Origin: Patescibacteria group bacterium
GTDB lineage: Bacteria > Patescibacteriota > Patescibacteriia > UBA2591 > UBA6264
NCBI GenBank assembly: GCA_028713575.1
Contig: JAQTOB010000002.1
Coordinates: forward strand, 68,812 to 100,811
Direction of reading: 5' to 3'
DNA length: 32,000 bases
Shown: positions 8,389 through 17,588 of the stretch, in pieces
How the letters are laid out: every line of letters starts with the position of its first letter
Numbering within the stretch: position 1 is the first letter of the stretch
Made by a program: the position numbers and the translations under genes
Notes under the pieces: generated by a model
The model's database searches: none
The model's input: the letters and a program-made list of their open reading frames with translations, nothing else
What the model was told of the DNA's origin: nothing

Positions 8389-8841
8389 ATGAAATTAAAA
8401 TCATTTACTTTTATTCAAGTTTTAATCGGCTTGGGGATAGTTGCCATTTTTGCCGCCATTATCATAGTGATTATCAGTCCGGCTCAACAATTTTCCCGCA
8501 TCAGAGATTCTCAACGCTGGAGCGATATTAATCTTATTTTAAACGCCATTAATCAGCGAATTGTTGACAATAAAGGAAGCTTTAATGAAGGGGGAGTCTG
8601 TGACTCTTTGCCGACTATAGAAAAATTAATTACCAGCATTGATAATGAAAATAATATTGACCTCTGTGCTTGCTTAGTGCCCGACTATTTATCCCTTATG
8701 CCATACGATCCATTAATAAATGACGGTTATACGGATTGCCATAATTATAACAGCGGTTATACGATTTTTAAAAATGAAATTGGTAAGATTACGATTGCGT
8801 CTCCTAGTGCGGAATTGAATATCATTAGTATTACGCGTTAA
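8389..8841 (+). CDS. Type IV pilin-like / pseudopilin protein with a divergent N-terminal motif
   Basis: MKLKS/FTFIQVLIGLGIVAIFAAIIIVII resembles the class III signal plus hydrophobic helix of pilins, but has Ser at -1 and Gln at +5 instead of Gly and Glu. Four Cys residues occur in the C-terminal globular part. The gene lies 4 nt after pilM. The ATG at 8389 is preferred to the track start at 8335. Confidence 0.55.
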   Translation: MKLKSFTFIQVLIGLGIVAIFAAIIIVIISPAQQFSRIRDSQRWSDINLILNAINQRIVDNKGSFNEGGVCDSLPTIEKLITSIDNENNIDLCACLVPDYLSLMPYDPLINDGYTDCHNYNSGYTIFKNEIGKITIASPSAELNIISITR

Positions 8842-8859
8842 AAAAGTTATTATTTTATC

Positions 8860-9495
8860 ATGAATATTAAGCCGGGAATTTTCGCCTTTTATAAGCCCAA
8901 AAAAATTTCTTCTTTTAAATTTTTGGAAAAAATAAAAAAAAATTCCAGTATTAAAAAAATTGGACATGCCGGCACTTTAGATCCTTTAGCTTGCGGTGTT
9001 TTAGTGGTTGGTTTGGGTGGAGAAAATTGTAAAAAATTGAATGAAATAGTTAAAAAAGAAAAAGAATATATTGCAATTATAAAATTGGGAATGAACAGCG
9101 TTACAGATGACGAAGAAGGAGAAAAAACAAAAATTTCGCTAAGCCAAAAGCCCGATTTGGAAAAAATTAAAAATACTTTAAACAAATTTAAAGGAGAAAT
9201 AAAGCAAAAACCTCCTATTTTTAGCGCCATTAAAATCAAGGGTTTACCTGCTTATAAATTGGCACGACAAGGAAAAAAAGTTAAAATAAGGGCCAGAACA
9301 GTTGAATTAAAAGATTTTAAAATCTTAAAATATCATTGGCCCTATTTAAAAATAAAAATTATTACTGGTTCCGGATTTTATGTCCGTTCTTTGGCAAAAG
9401 ATTTGGGCAGAAAATTAAAAACGGGCGCTTATTTAAAAGACTTAGAGAGAATTAGGGTAGGGGATTTTTCAAAAAATAAATGCTTGAAGATATAA
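8860..9495 (+). CDS. truB: tRNA pseudouridine(55) synthase TruB (short form without PUA domain)
   Basis: GHAGTLDPLACGVLVVGLG catalytic Asp motif, then PPIFSAIKIKG.PAYKLAR.G and GFYVRSLAKDLG. Confidence 0.9.
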   Translation: MNIKPGIFAFYKPKKISSFKFLEKIKKNSSIKKIGHAGTLDPLACGVLVVGLGGENCKKLNEIVKKEKEYIAIIKLGMNSVTDDEEGEKTKISLSQKPDLEKIKNTLNKFKGEIKQKPPIFSAIKIKGLPAYKLARQGKKVKIRARTVELKDFKILKYHWPYLKIKIITGSGFYVRSLAKDLGRKLKTGAYLKDLERIRVGDFSKNKCLKI

Positions 9496-9663
9496 CGCTT
9501 TCAATCATTATTCCTCTCCATAATGAAGGAAGGTTATAAAAGCAAAGCAAAAATTAATAAAAACTTTTCAAAAATTGATATTTTAGGTACAATATCTTCA
9601 TATAAACTAAACAATAAAATAGTAAAATCAGTTAATCGCTGTTTTTATTTTAACCATTGAGAC

Positions 9664-10908
9664 ATGTTTTCTAAAGGAAAAAAAGAAATTAAAATCAGAA
9701 AGATTCTATCTCTTCTTATTATTTCATTAATTATTATTTTTGTCCCCGTTCTAATCAGTGGTTTATATAATAAAAAAGAGGCGAATGTTAACGAAATCTC
9801 GTTGATAAAGGAAGATTTTTTTTCTTATCATCTTAATGAACATATTATTAATTCCGGAGAGGTTTTTGTTAAATTAAACACGGCCTTAAATTTAAATAGT
9901 CAACAATTGCAAGAATTATTAGAAATTTCAAAAAATGTTTATAATCTGTCGCAAATCAAGGTCGGCAACGGCATTAAGGCGTTTTTTGACCCCAATAATA
10001 ATGAATTTCAAAAACTGGAATATGAAATTGATAAAGATAATATTTTAGTGATTGAAAAACAAGAAAACGGCCAATTAAAAGCTGAAAAAAGAACAATTGA
10101 ATATGAAGTTAAGTTGGATAAAATAGACGGCAAAGTAGAAAACAGTCTTTATCAAGCTGGCCAAAAAGCGGGATTAAAAGATAAAACCATTATGGAGATG
10201 GCCGATATTTTCGCCTGGGACATTGATTTTGGCATAGAAGTGAGAGAAGGTGATGAATTTGAAGTTTTATATGAAAAAAAGTTTTTTGACGGAAAAGAGG
10301 TTTATGTGGGCAAAATTTTAATGGCTAAATATAAAAATAATAACAAGGATTATTGGGCCATTTATTACAAGGATGCGGAAAACAGAGAAGATTATTATGA
10401 TTTAGAGGGCAATTGTTTAAGAAAACAATTTTTAAGGGCGCCGGTTAATTATAAATACATCAGTTCTGGTTACAGTTTAAGCCGTTTTCACCCGGTTTGG
10501 GGCGTTTACACCACTCATCAGGCAATTGATTATGCCGCGCCTTGTGGCACGCCAGTATCCGCCTCCGGGGCAGGAACAGTTATTTTTGTGGGATGGAAAA
10601 ACAATGTCTATGGACGAACAATTGAAATTCGTCATAACGGCGTTTATACCACTCGTTATGCTCATCTTTCCGGTTATGCCAAGGGAATCAAATATGGGAC
10701 AAAAGTGGTTCAAGGACAAATTATTGGTTTTGTCGGCACTTCAGGAACTTCTACGGGCTGCCATTTAGATTACGCCATGAAAAAATACAACAGTTTTGTC
10801 AACCCATTAACGCAAAATTTTGAACGCTCCGAACCTATTAAGGAAATCCATAGAGAAAATTTTAATATTTATAAAGAGGCCTTATTAAGATTATTTAATT
10901 CCGGATAA
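9664..10908 (+). CDS. Membrane-anchored M23 family metallopeptidase (peptidoglycan endopeptidase-like)
   Basis: N-terminal TM segment. HQAIDYAAP (HxxxD), YAHLSGY, and GTSGTSTGCHLDYAM, where HLD replaces the usual HxH. Confidence 0.85.
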   Translation: MFSKGKKEIKIRKILSLLIISLIIIFVPVLISGLYNKKEANVNEISLIKEDFFSYHLNEHIINSGEVFVKLNTALNLNSQQLQELLEISKNVYNLSQIKVGNGIKAFFDPNNNEFQKLEYEIDKDNILVIEKQENGQLKAEKRTIEYEVKLDKIDGKVENSLYQAGQKAGLKDKTIMEMADIFAWDIDFGIEVREGDEFEVLYEKKFFDGKEVYVGKILMAKYKNNNKDYWAIYYKDAENREDYYDLEGNCLRKQFLRAPVNYKYISSGYSLSRFHPVWGVYTTHQAIDYAAPCGTPVSASGAGTVIFVGWKNNVYGRTIEIRHNGVYTTRYAHLSGYAKGIKYGTKVVQGQIIGFVGTSGTSTGCHLDYAMKKYNSFVNPLTQNFERSEPIKEIHRENFNIYKEALLRLFNSG

Positions 10909-10914
10909 AAACTA

Positions 10915-10942
10915 TTGCTAAATAAAAAAATAAATGTATAAT
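10915..10942 (+). promoter_or_regulatory. Sigma70-type promoter TTGCTA-16-TATAAT
   Basis: -35 at 10915-10920 and -10 at 10937-10942, 30 nt upstream of the ATG at 10973. Confidence 0.55.
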
Positions 10943-10972
10943 AATATTATTAATTAATAATAATTTAATACT

Positions 10973-11128
10973 ATGGAAGCTTATTGTGTTAAATGTAAAG
11001 CCAAAAGGGAAATGAAAGACGCCAAAGAAGTCTCAATGAAAGGGAAGGGCGATGTTAAACGCAGAGCCATGACTGGCACTTGTCCCGTGTGCGGAACAAA
11101 AATGTTCCGAATTTTAGGCAAAGCCTAA
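10973..11128 (+). CDS. 51-aa zinc-ribbon miniprotein (DUF5679-like), below the ORF-track cutoff
   Basis: MEAYCVKCKAKREMKDAKEVSMKGKGDVKRRAMTGTCPVCGTKMFRILGKA has CxxC...CxxC pairs. It has its own promoter and a downstream hairpin. Confidence 0.7.
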   Translation: MEAYCVKCKAKREMKDAKEVSMKGKGDVKRRAMTGTCPVCGTKMFRILGKA

Positions 11129-11136
11129 ACTAATTA

Positions 11137-11160
11137 AACGATTTTTATCGTTATTTTTTT
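11137..11160 (+). terminator. Weak rho-independent terminator
   Basis: AACGAT (11137-11142), tttt loop, ATCGTT (11147-11152), followed by aTTTTTTT. Confidence 0.45.
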
Positions 11161-11198
11161 ATTACTTTTTAATTAAAAGGTAATGTTTTTGTTGTTTT

Positions 11199-12200
11199 AT
11201 GATTATTGGTAATCAATGGCCTAAAAAAAGCGTTGGTCGAAAAATGATTTTTAAAGTACCCATAATTAGGTCCGGGCAAACATTAGAACAAGCCCGAGAC
11301 ATTCTTTTTTCCCAAAAAGATATAGAAACCATAAATTATTTTTATGTCGTTGATGAAGAAAAAAAATTATTGGGAATTTTTTCTATTAAAGAAATTTATC
11401 ATTTGCCAAAAGAAACAAAAGTTGAAAAAATAATGGAAAAGGCGGTAATAAAAATCAATCCGGAAACAGATCAAGAACAAGCCGCTTATTTAGCCATAAA
11501 AAATAATATTAAATCAGTACCCATTATTGATAAAAACAACGTTCTTTTGGGTATTTTGCCCAGTGATCAAATACTTAAAATTATTTATAAAGAAACACAA
11601 AAAGACATTTTGCAATTAGGAGGAATTTCTCGCGCAGAAATTAATTTAGAAGAAGATTTTTCATTATCAAAAATATCTTTTTTAAAATCAGTTTTAAAAT
11701 CATTTACACATCGTATTCCCTGGCTTTTGCTTGGATTAATTGGCGGATTATTAATCGCTAAAATCATCGGATTCTTCACAACTTCATTAGAAAAGAATAT
11801 TCTTTTAGCCGCTTTTATTCCATTAATTGTTTATATCAGCGGAGCGGCGGGCACACAAATACAAACTTTAATTATCAGGGAATTGGCTTTATCGCCAAAA
11901 TTATTATTTAAAAAATATTTTTTAAAACAATTAGTAACAACAGTTTTAGTCGCCATAGTGTGCGGATTTTTGCTTTCCCTGATCACTTTTGTGATATATC
12001 AAAAAATTTCTTTAGGAATTATTTTGGGAATTTCAATATTTTTTGCCATTTCTTCCGCTATTTTTAGCGGTCTAATTATTCCTTACATATTTAATAAAAT
12101 AAAAATTGACCCGGCCATTGCCAGCGGACCCTTAGGAACAATAATTCAAGATACCTTAAGCGTGGTTATTTATTTCAGTGTGGCCAATTTTTTATTGTAA
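11199..12200 (+). CDS. mgtE: Magnesium transporter MgtE-type (CBS pair + MgtE membrane domain, no N-domain)
   Basis: CBS-like repeats ([20 protein letters not shown] and [20 protein letters not shown]) are followed by a 5-TM region with [15 protein letters not shown] and [23 protein letters not shown]. Confidence 0.85.
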   Translation: MIIGNQWPKKSVGRKMIFKVPIIRSGQTLEQARDILFSQKDIETINYFYVVDEEKKLLGIFSIKEIYHLPKETKVEKIMEKAVIKINPETDQEQAAYLAIKNNIKSVPIIDKNNVLLGILPSDQILKIIYKETQKDILQLGGISRAEINLEEDFSLSKISFLKSVLKSFTHRIPWLLLGLIGGLLIAKIIGFFTTSLEKNILLAAFIPLIVYISGAAGTQIQTLIIRELALSPKLLFKKYFLKQLVTTVLVAIVCGFLLSLITFVIYQKISLGIILGISIFFAISSAIFSGLIIPYIFNKIKIDPAIASGPLGTIIQDTLSVVIYFSVANFLL

Positions 12201-12205
12201 ATAAT

Positions 12206-13264
12206 ATGAAAAAGAAAACCATTGGCGTTCTTTTTGGCGGTCGTTCATTTGAACATGAAGTTTCTTTAGTTTCAGCTCGCTCAGTGATTAGGGCTTTGGA
12301 TAAAAACAAATATAAGATTGTTTTAATCGGCGTTGATAAAAAGGGCCACTGGTTAAAAGGACAAATGGCAAAAAAATTGTTAAAAGGAGAAGCAACAAAT
12401 AAGGGAGAATTTGTTCCCGGTTTTCTTTCTTCAATTGATATTTTTTTTCCTGTATTACACGGACCGTTCGGCGAAGATGGTTCAATTCAGGGTTTTTTAG
12501 AGACCATAAACAAGCCCTATGTCGGCGCCGGCATTCTTGGTTCTGCTCTGGGGATTGATAAAATCATGCAAAAAATTATTTGGCAAAAATATAAATTGCC
12601 AATTGTTGATTTTATTTGGTTTTTTAAAAACGAGTGGCAAAAAAATCAAATATTATTAATTAAAAAAATCAAAGAAAAAATAAAATTTCCCTGTTTTGTT
12701 AAGCCGGCAAATGCCGGTTCAAGCGTGGGAATTTCCAAAGCGCATAATCAAAAAAATTTGATTAAAGCAATAAATTTAGCCGGCAAATATGACCAAAAAA
12801 TTTTAATTGAAAAAGCAGTGAAAAAAGTAAGGGAAATTGAAATAAGTATTTTAGGCAATGAATTTCCAATCGCTTCTTGCCCCGGAGAAATAATTCCCAG
12901 TAATGAATTTTACGATTATGAAGCAAAATATATTAACGGAAAATCAAAAATCATTATTCCGGCTAAAATAAACAAAGAAATAAAAGAAAAAATAAAAAAA
13001 ATAGCGATTTTAGCTTATAAAACAATTGATTGTCGGGGCTTGGGACGCGTAGATTTTCTTTTAGATAAAAAAAGAATTTATTTGAATGAAATTAATACTA
13101 TCCCGGGATTTACCTCCATTAGCATGTATCCTAAATTATGGAACGTTTCCGGACTGTCTTATTCAAGTCTTTTAGATAAATTAATTGATTTGGGATTTAA
13201 ATATTTTAAAGAAAAACAAAAGATTTATTATTCTTATCAACCTAAACATCAATGGCATGTCTGA
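12206..13264 (+). CDS. ddl: D-alanine--D-alanine ligase
   Basis: [48 protein letters not shown], and GRVDFLLD...[21 protein letters not shown]. Confidence 0.95.
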   Translation: MKKKTIGVLFGGRSFEHEVSLVSARSVIRALDKNKYKIVLIGVDKKGHWLKGQMAKKLLKGEATNKGEFVPGFLSSIDIFFPVLHGPFGEDGSIQGFLETINKPYVGAGILGSALGIDKIMQKIIWQKYKLPIVDFIWFFKNEWQKNQILLIKKIKEKIKFPCFVKPANAGSSVGISKAHNQKNLIKAINLAGKYDQKILIEKAVKKVREIEISILGNEFPIASCPGEIIPSNEFYDYEAKYINGKSKIIIPAKINKEIKEKIKKIAILAYKTIDCRGLGRVDFLLDKKRIYLNEINTIPGFTSISMYPKLWNVSGLSYSSLLDKLIDLGFKYFKEKQKIYYSYQPKHQWHV

Positions 13265-14174
13265 CAAATACAGAAAAACCTTTAATCATCATTCTTCTCA
13301 TTTCCATAAAAAAAATGAGGGGAGATTAAGACAATCAAGACAATATATTTTAAAGAAAAAAAAATCAAAGATTAAATTTTTTCTTTTGGCTTTTTTGATA
13401 ACTTTATTTTTTTTATCAATTGTTTATTTCTTTTTTCTTTCCAAATTTTTTAGAATTAAAAATATTGAAATCAATAGAACAGAAGATAATCATTTAATTT
13501 CCAACGAAGAAATAAAGCAAATTGTTTGTTCTATTGCTTTAATTGCCGAAACATCTTCTGAAGATAGGGGATTCTTAAAATTTCAAGATAATATTTTTCT
13601 TTTTAAAAAGAAATTTTTGGAAGAAATGTTAGAAAGAGATTCAAGAATTAAAAGTTTTGTTATAAAAAAAGACTTAAAAAATACTTTATTAATTGAGATT
13701 GCGGAAGCAAGGCCAATCGCTTTATTAATCAGTTCTATTAATAATAAAAAATACTATTTAAATCCAGAGGGTAAAATAATTTATGTTAATTCTTCTGATT
13801 TTACGACGCCAGAAGAACAAAATTTACCAATTTTTTATGACCAAACAGACATTAATTATGACGAAAAAGACATTAATGCAGATAATCAAGAATATATAGG
13901 GCTTTTTAGGGCTATTTTGGGCCTTATAGGCGGTTTAAGCGAGCAAAATGGCATTATGACCAAAACAGTTAAAATCTTGGAAAAAACAGGCATTTTTGAG
14001 GTAGAAATAACCACTAATGAAGAATGGAGGATTCTAATAAACTCTGAAGTTGATTTTGACAGACAAAAGGAAAGCTTAAGCCTTATTCTTCAAAATGAAA
14101 TAAATGATCGTTATAATTTAGAACAAATTGATTTAAGATTTGATGAGAATATTTTTTATACATTAAAAAAATAA
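13257..14174 (+). CDS. ftsQ: Cell division protein FtsQ/DivIB-like (TM + POTRA)
   Basis: ATG at 13257 overlaps the ddl stop (ATGTCTGA). A basic N-terminus precedes the TM segment FFLLAFLITLFFLSIVYFFFL and a POTRA-like segment FRIKNIEINRTEDNHLISNEEIKQ. Position after ddl is typical for ftsQ. Confidence 0.65.
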   Translation: MSDKYRKTFNHHSSHFHKKNEGRLRQSRQYILKKKKSKIKFFLLAFLITLFFLSIVYFFFLSKFFRIKNIEINRTEDNHLISNEEIKQIVCSIALIAETSSEDRGFLKFQDNIFLFKKKFLEEMLERDSRIKSFVIKKDLKNTLLIEIAEARPIALLISSINNKKYYLNPEGKIIYVNSSDFTTPEEQNLPIFYDQTDINYDEKDINADNQEYIGLFRAILGLIGGLSEQNGIMTKTVKILEKTGIFEVEITTNEEWRILINSEVDFDRQKESLSLILQNEINDRYNLEQIDLRFDENIFYTLKK

Positions 14175-14194
14175 TATAATCAAATAATAATATA

Positions 14195-14225
14195 GAAAAA
14201 GGGTTTATGGCCCTTTTTCTTGTTT
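14195..14225 (+). terminator. Rho-independent terminator between convergent genes
   Basis: Perfect 9-bp stem GAAAAAGGG (14195-14203) / CCCTTTTTC (14211-14219) with a 7-nt loop, then TTGTTT. Confidence 0.75.
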
Positions 14226-14300
14226 ATATAAATATGTGGCGTAAAAGGGATATTGTGCGAACCATAATAAGCTTTATTTCCCCTTGGGCGGCCCTTAATA

Positions 14301-14546
14301 TTAAGGATTGACAATGTCTTGAAAACGCATATCTTCTGTCTTTTCTTTACTCATTTTTTGAATATCTTCTATAAAAAATCCTTGATTTTGCTTTTGTGAT
14401 ATCTCTGACCAAACATCCAAATATTGTTTTATAAATACAACAGCTACGGCAAAAAAAATCAACAAAAATATGATTAAGGAAAAAAAGGAAACCGTTGGAT
14501 TAATTTCTTTTTGCCACCATTTTTTATCCTTAATTTCCATAATCAA
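14301..14546 (-). CDS. 81-aa single-pass membrane protein, unknown function
   Basis: One TM segment, VSFFSLIIFLLIFFAVAVVFI. It is co-oriented with the preceding membrane-protein gene and starts 17 nt after it. Confidence 0.5.
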   Translation of the reverse strand: MIMEIKDKKWWQKEINPTVSFFSLIIFLLIFFAVAVVFIKQYLDVWSEISQKQNQGFFIEDIQKMSKEKTEDMRFQDIVNP

Positions 14547-14563
14547 TTAATAATTAATCAATT

Positions 14564-14857
14564 TTATTTATTGCCATGATTATTTTCTTCTTTTTGCGGC
14601 AAGGGAGGGACGGCAAAAGTACCCGCTAAAATAAAAATTAAACCAAAAACAATCATTCCTCCGGATATGTATAACTCTTTAATGATTAAGGCATGAGGGG
14701 AAAGAATAAATTCCTCTGGCGCTTCCTGTGGAATAGTAAAATAATTATAAAGACTGATCGCAAGAATGGTAATGCCGACAATCGTTAATAAGGCCCCCAG
14801 CCAAGTTAATTGACTCTTTACTCCTCCTTCTTTTAAATAAATTTTAAATGATTTCAT
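14564..14857 (-). CDS. 97-aa two-pass membrane protein, unknown function
   Basis: Two TM segments, LTWLGALLTIVGITILAISLY and GGMIVFGLIFILAGTFAV. It lies downstream of the coiled-coil M23 gene. Confidence 0.5.
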   Translation of the reverse strand: MKSFKIYLKEGGVKSQLTWLGALLTIVGITILAISLYNYFTIPQEAPEEFILSPHALIIKELYISGGMIVFGLIFILAGTFAVPPLPQKEENNHGNK

Positions 14858-14893
14858 TTTATTTTATTTTAAAGCTATTAATTAAGTATTTAA

Positions 14894-14921
14894 ATTATAA
14901 TGGAATATATTTAAATTACAA
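14894..14921 (-). promoter_or_regulatory. Possible internal promoter TTGTAA-16-TATAAT for the small membrane-protein genes
   Basis: On the minus strand, TATAAT lies at 14899-14894 and TTGTAA at 14921-14916, overlapping the M23 stop codon. Confidence 0.3.
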
Positions 14922-16136
14922 GAGATGGTCCTCCGGATTAACGGGCAGGCCGTTTAATCTTATTTCAAAATGCAAATGAGGACCAGTAGAAAAACTTCCC
15001 GCCCCTGGTGTTCCCGGTAATCCTCCGCTCAAAGCAATTACCGTTCCTCGTTTGACATACTCTCCTTCCTGCACTAATATTTTGCTTACGTGGCCATAAA
15101 GACTGGAAAAAGAATCATTATGAATAATCATAATATAACTGTAGCCCAAACCGCCGTGTTTTGCCCTGGCTACATAACCAGAAGCCGCCGCTCTTATTGA
15201 TGTCCCCTGTTTTGCTCTCAAATCAAGGCCTGAATGTTCGCCAATCCAATTTTTATAAGGATAATCAGGGTCATGAAAACGACAAGTAATACCTTCTGTC
15301 GGCACGGGCCAAGAAAAAACAATTGTCCCCTCTTTTTCTAAAAACTCGGCCTTTTTTTCTTTTTCTTCGGCAATTTTTTCCCTTACTTCTTTTTCTAAAA
15401 AATTAATTTCGTTTTCTATTTGTTTTTGTTCAGTAATTGTTTCAGCTAAAAGACTTTGGAATTTCCACTCCACTCCCCTGGTTTCGTCCAGGATTGTTTC
15501 TTTGGTTTGTTTATTTGCCAATAATTTACTTTTTTCATTGTTAAGTTGCGATTTTAAATCAACCAATGTTTGGAGCTGGACCCTTAAGTCTTTTTCCTGA
15601 ATTTCTAATCCTTCTTTAATTAATTCTATTCTTTTTAAAGATTGGGCCAATTCTCCCTGTAAAGTGGATAAATAACGAACATGATTAAAAACTTCAGAAA
15701 GAGAATTTTTAAGAAAAATCATTTCTAATAAATTCTTTTGATCGTATTGGTTGATTGCTTTTAATAATCCTTTTATATCGTCTTTTAATATTTTTTCTTC
15801 TTGTTTTTTTTCTAAAATTTTAAATTGGATTTTTTTAACAGAAAGATTAGCAGAAGAAATCTCCATTTCTTTTTCTTGTATTTCTATTTCTCTTTTCACC
15901 ATTTGATCAGTTAAAATAGAAATTTGATTTTTTAAATTAACGGCTTCATTTCTTTTAATTTCTATTTTTTCTTGATATATTTTTTTTTGTGTTTCTAAAT
16001 CATTAATAATTTTTTGTTGTTCTTCTATTTTTTTTTGAATATCTTCTATTTCTTGAGAATAATCATCAGCCAAAACAAAAACAGGCTGAAAAAATAAAAA
16101 TAAAGTAAAGAAAAAAAATAATAATGATTTTTTCAT
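14916..16136 (-). CDS. EnvC-like coiled-coil M23 peptidase with intact catalytic motifs
   Basis: A signal peptide is followed by ~250 aa of heptad-rich coiled coil (QKKIEEQQKIINDLETQKKIYQEK...). The C-terminal M23 domain has HSGLD (HxxxD), YGH and GPHLHFE. Confidence 0.85.
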   Translation of the reverse strand: MKKSLLFFFFTLFLFFQPVFVLADDYSQEIEDIQKKIEEQQKIINDLETQKKIYQEKIEIKRNEAVNLKNQISILTDQMVKREIEIQEKEMEISSANLSVKKIQFKILEKKQEEKILKDDIKGLLKAINQYDQKNLLEMIFLKNSLSEVFNHVRYLSTLQGELAQSLKRIELIKEGLEIQEKDLRVQLQTLVDLKSQLNNEKSKLLANKQTKETILDETRGVEWKFQSLLAETITEQKQIENEINFLEKEVREKIAEEKEKKAEFLEKEGTIVFSWPVPTEGITCRFHDPDYPYKNWIGEHSGLDLRAKQGTSIRAAASGYVARAKHGGLGYSYIMIIHNDSFSSLYGHVSKILVQEGEYVKRGTVIALSGGLPGTPGAGSFSTGPHLHFEIRLNGLPVNPEDHLL

Positions 16137-17572
16137 TGCCTTGCCCTTTTTATCTTATTAATCGCCAAATCAATTCTTTTTAGAGTTTTTTCTTGGCCCA
16201 TAATTTCCGCCATAGCTTCCGGAGGAGGTGAAGATTTTTGCCCGCTTAAACAAACCCGTAAAGGCCAAAATATTTCACCGGTTCCTTTTTCTTTGGCTAA
16301 AATATTTAATTTTTTAAGAATGATTTTCGCCTTAAATTGAAAACAGGGAATTTTTTTTAAAAGAAATTTAATTTTTATTAAATTATCTTCCGTTTCTTTT
16401 GAACTTGTTTTTCCCCAAAATAAAAGACCAGGCTCATACTCCAAATCATCAAGAAAGAAAAAATTCGCTAAATCCCCTATTTGATTAAGTCTTTTCAGTC
16501 TTTCCTGTTCCAAAAAAATAATCTTTTTTATTTTTTTACGATTAATCGGAAAACCAAGTTGATTTAAATAAGGAATACATAATTTAACTAATTTATTAAT
16601 CGGCATTTGTCTAAGATAATAACCATTCAGCCAATCTAATTTTTCCCGATTAAAAATAGCGCCTGATTTTTGAATTTTTTCCAAGGAAAACTCTTTAATT
16701 AATTGCTTTAAATTAAAAATTTCTTGATTATTCCCGGGATTCCAGCCCAAAAGAGCTAAGAAATTGATTAAAGTTTTAGATAAATATCCTTGGGCTAAAT
16801 AATCTTCTGCCGCCACATCGCCCTGGCGTTTTGATAATTTTGAGTGGTCAGGGTTGAGTAATAATGGTAAATGAGCAAATTCAGGAATAGACCAATTAAA
16901 AGCTCGATAAATCAGAATGTGTTTGGGTGTAGAGGACAACCATTCTTCCCCTCTAATCACATGAGTAATTCCCATAAAATGGTCGTCAACAACATTGGCT
17001 AAATGATAAGTCGGCCAGCCGTCTGATTTTAATAAAATTTGGTCATCAATATTCTTTAAATCAAATTCTACATCATTTCGGATTAAATCTCTAAATTTAA
17101 TACTCCCTTGGTTTGGCACTTTTAACCTTATCACATAGGGTTGCCCTGAGCGAAGTCGAAGAGATATTTCTTCTTCATTCAAATTTCGACATCTGCGGTC
17201 ATATCGCGGAGCTAATTTATCGGCAATTTGTTTTTGTTTCATTTTTTCTAAAATATCAGGTGAACAAAAACAATAATAAGCGTGGCCATCGTCAACCAAT
17301 TTTTGCGCCAGGCCTTGATAATTACCCATTTTTTGCGATTGAATAAAAGGACCCTTATCCCATGGTAAACCGATTTTCTTTAAGGTTTCAATCAGGCTTT
17401 CCGTAGCGCCTTCAACATAGCGTTGGCGATCCGTATCTTCAATTCTTAAAATAATTTCTCCTTTATTTTTTTTAGCAAAAAGCCAATTGTATAAATAAGT
17501 GCGCAAACCGCCGATATGCAAATAGCCGGTCGGGCTGGGGGCAAATCTTACTTTAATTTTATTCTTTTTCAT
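16133..17572 (-). CDS. gltX: Glutamate--tRNA ligase
   Basis: RFAPSPTGYLHIGGLRT (HIGH motif), KLSKRQG (KMSKS motif) and VDDHFMGITHVIRGEEW. ATGA overlap with the downstream M23 gene. Confidence 0.95.
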   Translation of the reverse strand: MKKNKIKVRFAPSPTGYLHIGGLRTYLYNWLFAKKNKGEIILRIEDTDRQRYVEGATESLIETLKKIGLPWDKGPFIQSQKMGNYQGLAQKLVDDGHAYYCFCSPDILEKMKQKQIADKLAPRYDRRCRNLNEEEISLRLRSGQPYVIRLKVPNQGSIKFRDLIRNDVEFDLKNIDDQILLKSDGWPTYHLANVVDDHFMGITHVIRGEEWLSSTPKHILIYRAFNWSIPEFAHLPLLLNPDHSKLSKRQGDVAAEDYLAQGYLSKTLINFLALLGWNPGNNQEIFNLKQLIKEFSLEKIQKSGAIFNREKLDWLNGYYLRQMPINKLVKLCIPYLNQLGFPINRKKIKKIIFLEQERLKRLNQIGDLANFFFLDDLEYEPGLLFWGKTSSKETEDNLIKIKFLLKKIPCFQFKAKIILKKLNILAKEKGTGEIFWPLRVCLSGQKSSPPPEAMAEIMGQEKTLKRIDLAINKIKRARQ

Positions 17573-17588
17573 ATTTTAACATTATTTT

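Noticed and set aside
9505-9565. Minus-strand mini-ORF (MIESVISSSIYFLKNPLP) preceded by GGAGAGG, overlapping the truB 3' end.
   Set aside because: It is 18 aa with no conserved features and runs antisense to a solid gene. The SD-like sequence is an isolated occurrence in a genome that otherwise shows almost no SD usage.
12206-14225. ddl-ftsQ considered as the start of a dcw cluster that should continue into ftsA and ftsZ.
   Set aside because: A strong terminator (14195-14219) and convergent genes follow ftsQ, so the cluster simply ends here. The absence of ftsA/ftsZ from this window says nothing about the genome, so nothing further is claimed.
14226-14311. Relatively GC-rich spacer (gtggcgtaaaagggatattgtgcgaacc...ccccttgggcggccc) with a 25-aa ORF (14234-14311), a GGUUCG-like segment on the minus strand, and the palindrome CCTTAATATTAAGG.
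   Set aside because: I could not fold it into a tRNA or any convincing extended helix. The ORF overlaps the stop of the convergent gene and has no promoter signal, and the palindrome leaves no loop. It is worth including in a covariance-model scan but is not supportable as a feature.
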